Source of the DNA: Lytechinus pictus | Taxonomy: Eukaryota | Length of the DNA stretch: 64,000 nt | Reading direction: 5' to 3' | NCBI RefSeq assembly: GCF_037042905.1 | Contig: NC_087251.1 | Span: forward strand, 21,826,001 to 21,890,000 | Shown here: positions 37,663-50,829 of the stretch, piece after piece | Layout: each line of letters begins with the position of its first letter | Numbering within the stretch: the first letter of the stretch is position 1 | Made by a program: the position numbers and the translations under genes | Notes under the pieces: model-generated | Databases searched by the model: none | The model's input: the letters and a program-made list of their open reading frames with translations, nothing else | What the model was told of the DNA's origin: nothing

Positions 37663-40600
37663 CAGAACATCATCATGGATAATGTGAATTGTGACTCAAC
37701 ATACATTACAATGGTGCTGATAAGGGATGTAAAATGTATTACATATCACAGGTGATGATGATGTCTAAATGACATGTTACAGGTTGTCTGTTGCAATCTA
37801 TGATAAGAAGTGGTATCTTGCAATTAACATGTTACTGATCACCGCTGGTAATCTGAACGAGTGATGGATTAAACACATATCTTTCATTCATGTTCTTTTG
37901 TTAAAACAATCTTGGCACCAAGTGACCTTCCCCTTGGAGCTTGGTACATCTATGTGAGTATGGATCACCATGAACTAATATATACTAGTATATTGCAGAA
38001 AGTGACATTTGGAATGTGTTTGGTCATAGGTGTTGCTGTTGTGTTGCAGTGCAAAGCAGCGTACAGATGTTCTGATAAAAGACTTCAATCAATGGTTACT
38101 TGTATTTACTTGTATTTCTTTAAAATTCCCTAATGGTTAAGTCCTTCCATTATACATGCACTTTCCTCAGATATGGAAAGCACTCAAAAGCAGTAAGAGA
38201 ATGTTGGCATGTCAGGGATTACCATGCAGAAATCGTACCTATACGAGCATATTAGTCTTGCAAATCCCCATGCGGAAATGGCCGGACACTTTTACAGTTT
38301 CCTGAGTTTGAAATTCATGTTTGCTGAATATAAGTGGTGCCATGCTATTACATATGTTCAGAGCTTCTCTCTCAGTACATGCACTTGTTGGCCTGTCTTA
38401 GTAAAAAAAATCTTTATTTTAAAAGGGGTTTTTATAGTTTTTGTTAATATCATTAAATAGTTTTACTTTATATAAGATGGACTTTGGTCTCTAATATATT
38501 TCAATAAAAAATAGGCAGTTCTTGAACCATTCTCTTGCTGATTGAACATCTCTTATATTTTCTCTATGCCCCGCTTCAGTATATAAATGATCTGAGAGGT
38601 AATTGAACTCAGTTAGATTAAAATATTGTGAGCATGGTATGAGAATTTCTGAGAATGATATTAAACTTCTATAAATTGCATTACACATTCTAACATAATT
38701 TCACAAAGCTCTTTTGATTGTTCTGAAAATTTCTCATTTATCACTGAGCCTAGTCTGGTCGGGCAGAGAATGGTGCCATGGATGGGAATGTTCTGCGTTC
38801 ATGATTAAAAGAACATTACTGTCTGTGCGCAATCTATCCATCATTCATTAGTCCTTTTGTCGGGTTGGATTAGGCATTATTGAATCGAGATTTGGACAAA
38901 ACTTCAAATCAGTCTGGCAAATTGTTCTGCTTACCTGCATTCAAATTTCATTATTCACGTTCTATAATTTCCTTTGTTTAATGTCCAATGAAGCCTCTCG
39001 GGGTACCAGGGTTTTAAAGCATTAAAATTGTAAGCACATGAAGGGAAATACTGCTGGACATTTTCTAAATTTTCTATCAGCGCGTTTCTCACATCAGGAT
39101 ATCGAGATGATTTGAAAAAAACGTCTAATATGAAGCTGCACATTCATTGAACATTGCCGACACATACAGTGTGTGAGGTACTTTAAATTCCAGTGGATAT
39201 TAATGTCATGATTTAAAAGCTTTTATCATATTCTTCATACATTTTTTTGTTTCATTTGTGTGAAGAGAAGATGATTAGAAGAGATGAAAGTGATGAAATT
39301 TCCATCAAATAATCAATTTCAGATGCAAAAAAGAAAAATTGAATTAGGGTCAGTCATTGGCAGTGGGGTCGAAAATACCAGTCAGTACAAGTTAAGTGTG
39401 GTATCCCGTGATTTCAGGTTAGGCTTAATGTTTTAGTTGAGAGGGGAGGACGGCGCCGCTTTCATACAATCACAAAAAAAGTTAAAGAGTATTTTTTTTG
39501 CAATTTGTGATGACTTTTCAAAAATACTGAATTTTGGTTAAGATTGTTTGCTGCTAAATCAGGACTTTCATTCCTTCTACCTCTTGTTAAGGGGTGTAGG
39601 TGCTACAGCTTTTTAGGTCAGGGGTAAAAATTAGATTACCAAATGAATAATTATGAGTAATATTAATCAATTTTAACATGTATAATAAGATAGTAAGGTG
39701 TCACAACCTAGTATTAATTGCTATTCCAAGCTTCATTTATACCAATCAAAATTACAATAAAAAAGAACAGATTGATATACAACATTTTGATTACGATAGT
39801 TGAACTATTCTTTTAAAGATAGAGTAACATTACTTTATCACTGACAAAGAAACCATGCAGATTTGATTGCTGGAATAATCTGCCATAATTATACAAAAAA
39901 AGAATATTTTTACAACACCATGAACAAACCCATGAGGATATAGGCAAATTCTGCCAACAAATGTCACTTGGCGCATAATTAGAATAGAGTACGATAGCAG
40001 AGGTATTTTACTATGTTGCTCTTTATTTTAGAAGATATGGGAGCATTCTTGTCATGTCACAAGACAAAATCTACAACCTAAATATTTTTCTTGCTTGCAG
40101 TAATTTGGTGCTTGGGTAAAGAAATTCTCATTACAATTCTCCAATCTATGTTGAAATCTTTATTTAATGAAAAATTTGATTCATTTGCTTGAATAATGAT
40201 ATTGTAATGGATACCTCAAATATATTTGTCTCTGTTTGAAAACACTCTTGCGAATATAATACACGGAAGAGAGACATCAATCTTTAGAAAATATCATTAA
40301 AACTATTATATGGGAAATTGTGATATTTTTTTCTATATTAGGAAATGTATTCTGTTATTTTTTTCATTGATAGAAGAATATTCAAAGATATCTGGATCCT
40401 CATTCTTCAAAAAGATTGCTATTCCATTCACACAGTGTTTGTGCTAGAGATTCCCAATTTTACATTTATTTGTTTGATTGGTTGCAGGATTATCCGCAAA
40501 TGGATATCAGATCTGGAAACGTGACATGAAAATTGAGTGAAATTCATAATATTTTTTTTTGAAATTATATCAATATATGTCTATTCTCTCAATTTCTTAA

Positions 40601-41094
40601 CCTTAAGCCTGGCGGATGCAGCTGAAGTTCCTTCTCTTTCACTTTTATGTGGATTAGAAATTGATTGTTTAACTACTTCAGATGGGATTTTGTGAATTAA
40701 AGTACATGTAGGTAGGTAATGAATATTTGCTTGGACTGTCAATTCTCTATCAGCCAATGTTTTTGTCATCCTTGCCATATTGTCTTCCCTTCCCCTTTCT
40801 TTTCTTAGACTGTCATATCAAATATATTGAACAAATTGTATATATTTTAATTTTGGCTTAAATTCCTCTGGGTTTCAAATTTGTCTATTACTTAGATTTG
40901 TATGCAGGTTGGCAATTTTTGACATGAAATATTGTTAGTAAGCCATGTTTTCCCTTTCTTGAAATGCCTACCTGAATAAAACTGAAAGCCTTTCTTTCCA
41001 AAACTTTATAAAATAATGTCCTATTTGGTAAGCATTGTATACAAATCTTCAGATCATATGTCATTTTTCATTACTTTGATACTGAAGCAATATG

Positions 41095-41292
41095 TTTCTC
41101 TGGTAACCATAGAACAGATTTTCTTGTTACTTGATTGGTTAGCCATGAACTGAAGAGAAAAGAACTGTATTGCTTTCACCACCAAAACGATGAAAAACAA
41201 TGATATATCATCACAAGATCTTTGTTTGGTAACGGTCATACTGAATTTCTTGTTACTTGATTGGTTGGCCGAGAGGATGAAGAGAATAGATC
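41095..41292. repeat. Diverged direct duplication with period ~126 bp
   Basis: TTTCTTGTTACTTGATTGGTT is identical at 41120-41140 and 41246-41266; TGGTAAC and TGAAGAGAA also recur at 126-127 bp spacing. Confidence 0.75.
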
Positions 41293-44200
41293 GCGCACCA
41301 TTTGACCTGGAAATAAGAAACAATTTGCAAGTGGCAGGTGTCTCTCGTTCTGTGAAACAAGCAAGCGACGATTGATCCCCTCCAATAATTGTTTTCCCAC
41401 TGTGGAATCACGGCGGAATCATGGTGGAATCGCTCTCCGTTCACGCACTCTCTCTCCCTCACCCCTCCAGTTGGAGTAGGAGGTGTCATAATGCATTGGA
41501 TTCAAAGTGTACTGTATCCCCTTGCCCTTATAGAGCGGTCTGAACGTTCGGTGAGAAATGGATAATGGCCTTGACTCTTGTCACATATTGGCATTGTTAC
41601 AATCGAGGATTTAGAGAATTGAGTGATTGGACGAGATTAGGTGTAAAGACAATCATGTATATTTCATTGCCCAGGAGAGGTTCCACCTGTTTTGCGGTTG
41701 ATAGGAAATTTTCCTCATTAAACTTGAGTAGAATGATGACCAAGCATGATGCAAAATCAATCACAAGAATGGCCTTGTTATTTCAAGATGGGAGGAGTAT
41801 TTTAATTTTTAACAGCTTCTGAAGTTTTTTAGAAAATTGTTGTAAAGTGACGAAAGTCTGACTGGACAGCATTATAGGGTCAATGTTCAACTTTCTGTGA
41901 AAGAGCCTGTAAATCGGAAATACCTTTCTTTGTGAATTGACTGAGAAGATATTTTCCAATTTGTTTGAACATTTTTAATTTTTTTTGGGGGGGAGTAAAG
42001 TCATTTTAGTTGAGCTTTAAGAAAGGCTGATAAAAGACTGCTCTATGTTACCACCAGCACCACTCCCATCATCTTTATTGTTAACATCATCAATGTTACC
42101 ACTGACATCACTCAATTCTTGTCAGGAAAGTTATTCAAACGTTTGTCAAGAACCAAAAAATTATGCTGTCATTTGAAATATTCAAGCTTACTTCTCTCAT
42201 ACCCCTATCATTATGTCCTACATCATATTTTCAAGGAAATTTAATCTAAATCACAAACGTTTTAAGGATTTATGTCAAGCATAGGAAGATGAAGCGTTGT
42301 GCTATAAGGTTTAGTTTTTCCCAGTATACATCTAATCACTCATTCGTGTGGGCATCCTATTTCATGCAGCTGCAAAGTTGCAGACGGAAAATAGAAGGCT
42401 TTGAAGAAACTTTAGAAGAAAGAAAAGGAAACAGCAATCTGCCTCTTTGAAAGACATTTATCATCAATAAAACATGTCACAATGAAAGGATTTTCAGGAT
42501 ATTGGCATGTGTTTCATAAACCATCATAATTTGATATTTTTAGAAGACTCTTGGTATGTTGGTATAATTTCTGGTCATGGCACGTTGCTATCAATCACTG
42601 CTTTAGAATGTGGAATTAATTTACAGTATTAATATCAGGAAATTTGACTAATGCCTTTTAAATGAAAATGAGATTTCTATACGGCAAAATTCATTTCCTG
42701 TTTTATGGATGTTGTACGTTTCCAATTGTACTGATTATATCATTCTTGCTTCTTTTTGGAGCTCAGGCACATCAAAGAAATACCTCTTTTCTTACTTAAG
42801 CCATGGAGCTATTAAACACAGAAAACAAAACATTTGTAGTGAATAACAATCACAGGATTATGATTATCATTTACAAGAAATCAATGTAATAACTTTGCAC
42901 ATTTACAAGATGAATCTGTTCCCCTTATCTTATTGGTATTTCCATATGGTATTTCAGATAATTTAAACACTGTAGGCTCATAAGAAGGAGATATTTTGAT
43001 AAACATTTCTCTTACCGGAATTTAGTGAAACATCAGTATGGAAATTTTATGACAATGATATGGAAAATATATTGTATTGCTTCATCATAGACTCACACAG
43101 AATGAATAAAACTTGACGCTGGCTAAATAAGCAATTTATTTTGAACCTGGAAAATCTCATTATCTTCATAAAGTGCCCTCATCTTTTCAATCTGAGATAC
43201 ACAGTCGCATCAGTATGTGCAAATGTTATTCTAGCCTAGCATCAAATATCAATATCATACTGCCACTCTCCAGAACGAGAAGTGATGTTTAGTTTAATTT
43301 CTATTCCTTTTCTTCACCACATGATCATGAAGCAAACATCAATATGAGGGCTTTAGCAAGCCAGTCACTCTCTAGAGGATGGGTATCATGAGTTATGAAT
43401 TCTTCCAATCATACCACCTCGGGTGCATATTTCTAAAATCAGGATCACTATATCATCTTTAGTTGCTCTCCTCAAAGTGCTCTGGGCAACTTCTATATTA
43501 AATGTCATTATTTTTAGATAAAATTCTATTTGTCTGAAACCCAAGATGATGGAAGGGAATTCAATAGCCATCAAGAATTAGTCTGTTGAATATGGCAAAT
43601 AAATGTATTAGCTTAGAACTCTTGATTTGTAGCAAGAGTCTTTGATTTCTAATAGATAGCCCAGGTGTCGATTTGCACAATTAATTCGCGAGAAGGCCGA
43701 AAGGATTTTGTCAGCGTCTCTATTCACCCTAGGGCAAAACTAATGACGGCTTATTAAAATATGAATGCTTGCGCATTCAGAAGCCCCAGGTTAAAGAATT
43801 TTTCAAGATAGAAATGTTTTTCCTCACTTGAAAACCATGCATTGTATGTAAAGATTGCTGGCAGGCAATGGCTAATTATTCTTAAAGTGATGTAGGCTTG
43901 CTATATGCATAGGCATGGTAAGGCTGTTGAATTTCTCTTTTCTACAGTGCTAAACACATAAAGCATTGCCATATTATTTTCACTTTGAAGAACCTTTTTT
44001 GTAAAACACACAAAAAGAACAACCTGAGACTTAAAAATTAACGTTAAATGAATGCATACATGTATTCAAAGATAATGCAATAATGATTTAATGTTTCTTG
44101 CCCATATCTTCCAAGGGGGATAAAGATGATTAATTTATGACCAAAAAAAATACATCAACCGATCAGCTGGGGTGAAATGAATTACAACCCAGTGCTCATT

Positions 44201-45500
44201 AAGTTTCTGCTAGTGTGTAATTCATGCCATTTTGATTGAGTTGGTTTCACAAGGTTTGATTTTTGTAAAAATATCTTTTAAATCTTACATTAAAGTACTT
44301 CCTTGGTCTAAATCAAGCACCATGATTGTCAATCTTGGAAAAGAGGGATGTCCCAACACATATCTTACAGGTGCAGTTTAATAATTAACTCAAACCTGTA
44401 GATAAATGTCAAATGTTCAACTAACTATTTAGTGTGATTGCTGCATTTCAGAATTTTCTTGCAGAGCACAGTTACAAAAGGATTTTTAAAATAAATATCA
44501 GTGATTATTTGTTTTTCATATACATGTAGCTTTTAAAATAATGCTCAGAACCACAGTAAATGTTAGCAAATAAAAATAACTTCTAAAGCTGTGAAATTGG
44601 TCCAAAATGGCTGAATAGGAAAAGTGAATATTTGAAGAGCAGCAAATCAATCCACATGTTTAAGGAGAACCCAGACTGGTGTTGAGATACTTAGAAATGG
44701 TATTCAAACCTAAAGTATCAACATAAACTCTAATAATGCACCAGTACTTTGTTAGTCATCCACCAAATTATGACCCTTCTCATGTAATAGCACTCACATG
44801 TGAATGCATGAAGAAATTAAAAGTAACTTTAGCAAACTAGATATTATTTCCAGCTACTTCGGATTGGAAAGTTTAAGAAAACCATATAAAGTATAATCAC
44901 ATTTCCAATTTTCAGATGGTGAAGAAAATAACATGAAGTAAATAAAGTACTGGACCATATTTGAAAATTGGTGCGTTCACATCTAAGCAAGATCGGTATT
45001 GAGATATCAATCCAATTGTTTCTATATCTTTTCATCAAAATTTAAATGGGTGTATTTCATTAATGTGATTACACTAATGAATGTTAGATTTGGGCTATCA
45101 TTCTATTTATTTTCATTTGCTTTTTCCAAACTACAAGTAATCATGATTTTATTGGTATGTTTATATCTAAGACAGATTAGATTTGGGATATCAATGCAGT
45201 TATTTTCCTCTCCTTTTGCAAAATGTTAGCAGTCATATTCGGTTGTTGGAATCAGATAGTGCTAGCATTTTTCACAGCTGCTAAGAATCTTCATTCTGTT
45301 AACACCAAGGGTATTAGAAATATATCTCAAGAATGGATATTGAAAGGGAAAAAATACTTACTGAATAACTTGAAAGATGAAATTTAAAAAAAGAACAGCC
45401 GATAAAATTTAAGGTTGACTACTGACAGATGATATCTCAAGATGATGTCAATTATTCCGCAAAATACTTAAAATGTGAAGTGTTTTTGCAGGTTTCTTAC

Positions 45501-45675
45501 CTTTATCAAGCAGGTGAGATGTTGAACTTGGATGATACGAGGCTTTGTCAGCCGAGATTCCTCTCCGTGTCGGTATCCGTTAAGTTGCTCTCGTGTCAGG
45601 ATGATAAAAAATGCTGCCTACCAACGTTCACTCTCTTCTTTTGAAGCTTGCAAAAAAGCTGTTTTTCTTCAGTCA
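45501..45675 (-). other. Candidate non-coding first exon (5' UTR) of the EH-like gene
   Basis: Consensus donor AAG|GTAAGA on the minus strand at 45501/45500. The 175 nt from 45501 to 45675 contain no minus-strand ATG and are CpG-richer than the flanks. Splicing to 9489 gives ...GATAAAG|ATG with A at -3. It sits directly downstream of a promoter-like block. Linkage to the CDS is inference. Confidence 0.5.
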
Positions 45676-45860
45676 CATGCCACCAGTCACTCAGAGAAAC
45701 AATCAGCCAATCGGGTGAAGTCATGACCACTTCAGACCACGCCTACCCTCTTAAAAGTGAGGAAGGATGTGTGTGTGTAAGAGAGAGAGGGGAGAGAGAG
45801 AAAGAGAGAGGGAGGAGAGTGATCAGACAGGAAGCTGTGTGATGGAGTTGTAAAATGACG
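45676..45860 (-). promoter_or_regulatory. Candidate core/proximal promoter of the EH-like gene
   Basis: NF-Y-type box CAGCCAATCG (CCAAT at 45707-45711), a weak TATA-like TTTTAAG (minus, 45756-45750) and a (GT)n(GA)n tract at 45768-45819, adjacent to the candidate exon 1. Confidence 0.4.
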
Positions 45861-48800
45861 TTTTTTGTTTGGTGATGCTGTGTCTGTCCATCGTTGTGGT
45901 GGGGTATTGGTAGAGGGAGGTGGATGAAAGACAACGAAGCAGTGTCAAGATAGTGATAGAAAAGGCTGTGGATCAGAGATGATTAGTCTGGGTTTTCCAG
46001 ACTGCAGTTTGTTTCTAATTGATTTGATTGGCCAGGGCTTAGCAAAGAGAATTTGTAAGAAAAAATTGTGGTTAATAAGAAATGTTTAGGGAAAGAGCAT
46101 AGATTGACATAGAGAATATTACATAGGAGGCAGAAAATGGTGAGGGGCAACAGGAATAGCAAGCTATTCTCAAAATAATATGCAAGATCAGAGAAGAAGA
46201 TATATGAAAATTTAAGATGTGGATAGTAAGACAGTAATTATTTTTGAAAAAGTTATTAACAGATGTTGTAGAATAGGTAGTTATTCAGTTTAAGGTACCA
46301 TCGTTGCTGTGTAACACTAGCACAACTTTTGCAGCAATTTAAAAAATTGTCATTATTTTCAAAAGTTTAACTCGGAATTGTTCTGTCATAAGGACATATG
46401 ATAGCATGTTATCTATGATATTTCTATTTTATTGCCCAAGAAAAATTATTAGGGGAAAACCACAAGTTAATAGTAGGCTAATCAAATACATTACGAAGGA
46501 GAGAGTAATCCTTACTACTTGATCCCACTTTGACCAACAAATGTTCAATTTGAGATTTACATAGATTTAATGATCACCTTATGATAAAAAATATACAAAA
46601 ATACAAAATATTTGATTATCAAACATCTGCTTTATCCAACAAACTCGTATTTTTCTTGTTCTATTGCTTTTAAACTTTCTCCATTTACTCTTTTTCTTTC
46701 AACTTTCACACAATTGATTTTTTTTAACAAGTTATAGAGCACTTTTGAATTGCCAGTTAGTTTTTATATGCAAAATGAAGATGTATTAAGGTTTAGATTT
46801 TGCTTTAAAGAATGTTTCAACATCTTACAAAACATCCATCTCTAGCTGCTGGTCCGACAGTCAGGATGGCGAGTCTACCAGCTGTTATACATTTTGGGAA
46901 TATCAATCGACAGTCTCCGTTGGTAGACTATTTCTGGCTTCAGAAAGAGAGAGAGAGCGCTCTTCATGGAGCAAAGCACACCTTTCTCTGGTGCTACTCT
47001 CCCTCTTACTCTCTCACTCCAATACACTTAATGACTCAACAACTCTGAGCCAATTCACTGCCCAATATCATAGAGCCCTTCTCGCTGCTGCGTCGGTCGC
47101 GCTTCACGGCCCACCTGTTTGTTTGGCTAAGAAGGATGTTGCGCATTTGCAGAATTGACAGCTCACGACACAAAAAAAGGGGAAACCATGCTCAGGAACG
47201 CTATGTACACGATTTCAAACGGTTCTGAAATCGATATCGGTTTGATATGCAAGTAATGTAACATTCCTGAAATGAGCCCTCAGAGTCAGTAAATAGACAG
47301 TGTCAATACTGGTCCATGGTCTCTGTCTAGTAGGTATGACATTAGAAATGCATGCTATGAGCTCAATCCCACTGTGTTTGTATTTCTTTGTTGATTGATC
47401 TAATTGTAGTTTTCCCCACAGAGATAGTTTTGTGTGTGGCATGGATGAGAATGTTGTAATAGGCAATCAGGTGAATTTCAGCAGGATAATGAATTAAGCT
47501 TCTTTAGATTTTTTTGTGATATACTGGATAAGATTATCCTATTTAAAACTATTTCTAACCTTATTCTTTAACAGACTTTTTAAAAGGAATGATGAATACA
47601 AAAAAAATGCCAATTTGATATATATATAATCATTGGTCAATAAATATCCTTGCTGATCAATTCCTAGTCTGGTTTTACTTGTAGAATTGATATAGACTAG
47701 GTACTTATTTTAAATTGATTAAATTGTTTAAAACCATGCAGAGTAGGCAAACATGATTCATCAAACTGTCCTCAAATTTCATTCACTTTTGATTGTTATG
47801 ATTCAGAAGACAAGTGTAACAATTTACCCCAAAACCAACGATTAGTCCCCAGGGAAGGTTCTCTGTAAACACCACAAAAGGAAATTTGGTCTTTGAAAAA
47901 AAAAATGAGAAAATTAGTTCATCTAGCAAAGTAATTCTTATTCTTCACACATCTTCTTCATTCTTCAACATATGAAGTTATAAAGTTAAATAAAAGACTA
48001 GATACAAGAGTTTCTAAGTTTCTGGACTGTTACTGTTAGAAAAGATGAAATAATGTTTTGTCACACTAAATCGCAAATGCATTTTTAAAATAGTGTTAGT
48101 AATGCTTAGAGTCTCCTCTTTTATCTCTTTCAAGTTATATGATACAATCAATTTTTCACCCATGAGCCTTTTTTAAAGGATACCAACAGTCATTTGGCAG
48201 ATTGAATTTGAATTTCAAAAAGAAATCACATATCTCCAAAGTTCCATATTTGCTCCTAAATATGATACATTAACCAAAGAAAATGCCATAGAAATTACAG
48301 TCTTTTTTTCCTTTGAAATATTGCTTGAATGTCCAAACAAATGGATTATCATTAATTGTTTCTCATATCAGTAGCAGATTATGTAATAAAAGACTTCAAC
48401 AAGACAGATGGGTAACTACAACTGTCTTACAGGCAGCCTGTGAAAATGTCTTGTTCAATAAAGTCACAGAAATTTAAGCATTAATTTAAAGAAAGATAAC
48501 TTTGTTATTCCTTTGCTATTTTCTTTGTTTGGGGTATCAGATGTCAAACATTTGAGACTTGATTTTCTTCATGAAATTTAGATATCACCTGGCATTTTGG
48601 TGCCCTTTGAATGAAGTTTTCACTCAATCATTACTGAAGTATGTACCATATGACATATACCAGACGAAAGAGGAGACTATAAGCTTTACAAAGATATGTC
48701 ATTTGTTCATCGTAATTGTGATGAAGCTATGATTTAACTATGATAATTGTCAGGGTTTTTTTTTTCTGGTAAGCACTGTTCATTGACAAAATGCCATATT

Positions 48801-48883
48801 GTTTAGTATTAAAATGAAAGACTTTGTATTTGACACATTATGTATGTACTTCCATGCTGCTGAAACATACTAGAGCTCTTGAT

Positions 48884-49790
48884 AGGCGGTGCTGCACCAT
48901 CCCGAGTTTGCTCAATCTCGAGATTTTAGCCCGATCGGCCCACTTCGCGATTAATCTCGAGATTCAAGAAACCCCGTCTGCACCATCGCAAGACAGCGAT
49001 TCCTGCTCGAGCGAGGCAACAAACCCGATATTCCGAGCATGCGCACTTTCGGATCTTGGAGTTTCAACGGCCCGCGCTTTTGAATAACTTCCCGCGATAT
49101 GCAAGCAATGTACTCCTTTCACTAGCACTTTCGCCGGTGTTATGCAACAATCCTCTCAGCTCAGCGAGTGAAGAAGTGATGTATTCTTCGTTAAATATGA
49201 TGGCGGAGTAGGAGGCAACGACAGAGAGAGAGAGGGGGAGAGAAGGAGGAAAGAAATGCTATTTGCTCACATTTTGCGAAGGAATAAGACGACACTGCTG
49301 TCAGTGTTGTTATTGAATATGACCATCGTCGATGAGCACCTCCCCCTTCGGTCTGGTCTCTCCCAAAATCCATTCACTGGTGGGACACCATCGTTGCTGA
49401 TTAGGCAACTGATGAACGCTATTCGCATACGTATAAAGTTGACTTTCGCACGTGTTTATGTTTTGACCAAGGCGGAAGTGGAACGCGAATTGCATTATGG
49501 ACTGACGTCATGAATAAATTACCCCGAGTCCAATCTCGAGTGCGTCTGCACCTACGAATTAGCGGGATAATTCGTAAAATAGCGCGCTATTTTGCAAATA
49601 AACCCGAGTTGACTTGGGATTGCAATCTCGAGATTAATCCTACAAACTAGCGCGATAATTGCGTCTCCACTGCAAACTATCTCAAGATTTTTCAGATCGG
49701 GATAATTTGCCGGATCAGAAATAGCGCGCTAATTTGAAAACTCGGGATGGTGCAGACTAATTTGAAAACTCGGGATGGTGCAGACGGCCC
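48884..49790 (+). mobile_element. CpG-rich PIF/Harbinger internal-deletion derivative (~900 bp) with a transposase 5' remnant
   Basis: TIR CTGCACCATCCCGAGTTT / AAACTCGGGATGGTGCAGACGGCCC, repeated AATCTCGAG motifs, and an internal frame HRR*APPPSVWSLPKSIHWWDTIVAD at ~49324-49401. Confidence 0.8.
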
Positions 49791-50829
49791 TTTATTATAC
49801 CGAGAGGCCCAGAGAAATATATTGATAACGGTTCATTTATTTGAGAGACCACTTTGTCATTATAAAACTGCAAGTAAATGAATAGGTATGTAAAATGTCA
49901 AAAGCACATTTTCAGTTATAAATTGCACTATTCGTCGTTTTCTGTCTCACGGGCCTATTCGACATTTCTGCCTCTTATCCGGTCAAGTAATTTGAGATTT
50001 CAGTGAAAGAAGACGGGCTGACCTATCGCTTATCAATTTCACTGCTTTTGCAATTATGAGATTGATGTTGCCAGGACTATATAGTAAGTGCTTATTACTC
50101 CAAATATAGGCACAACAGGTGCATTAGCACTTACTCAAACGTTTGTGAACATAATCTTTACAAAACTTGAACTGAGTTAATATCTGACTGCTGAGAAGTA
50201 ATAATGTTTAACTAAACTTGGTATAAGATGTGAGGGAATTCAATGTGTAAAATGAAAATAATCAGTAACCTTTTTTATTCACCATTCCCCCCCAAAAAAA
50301 ATGTGTGATCTTTTATGTTCCATGATGAAATATCAAAGGATTTAGTTTTTCTGTGCATGATGCTATTTTTCTTTGAATAAGTGAAGAAAGCATATGTTGT
50401 GGCATTCTGTCTGTTAGAAGTGGAATTTATTCTTTATTATTTTAGACAATGAATTTCTATTACCCGTTCAATGTGCTTAATTTTTACAGTATAGCATAAT
50501 GTACACAAAATTTTGGTAAAGATGTTAATTATTCATAGCTTTGTATGGTTTATGTTTTTAATTTTGTCTGACATGGATTTTTTTCCCTGAGAGTTTATAA
50601 GCAGACTACAAACAACTTGAAATAAGTGTTTTCAAGAAACTCAAGGCTCTGGTATTTGCATTTTTATTTGTCTGATAAATGCAGAAATTTGCCCTGCATT
50701 GAGAAAAACATTTGTCAGGAAAAACAATCATTTACAGCATTAAAACATGAAATACACAATCAGTTTAAATTTAGATATGTTTCAAACTATGTACATATTA
50801 TGTTGATTGTAACTACGGCTAAGAAGCTT

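Noticed and set aside
45492..45513. Possible 22-nt plus-strand microexon (tttttgcAG|...CAG|GTGAGA)
   Set aside because: It is not a multiple of three and no other plus-strand exons were found. It overlaps a better-supported minus-strand donor. It cannot be fully excluded without RNA-seq.
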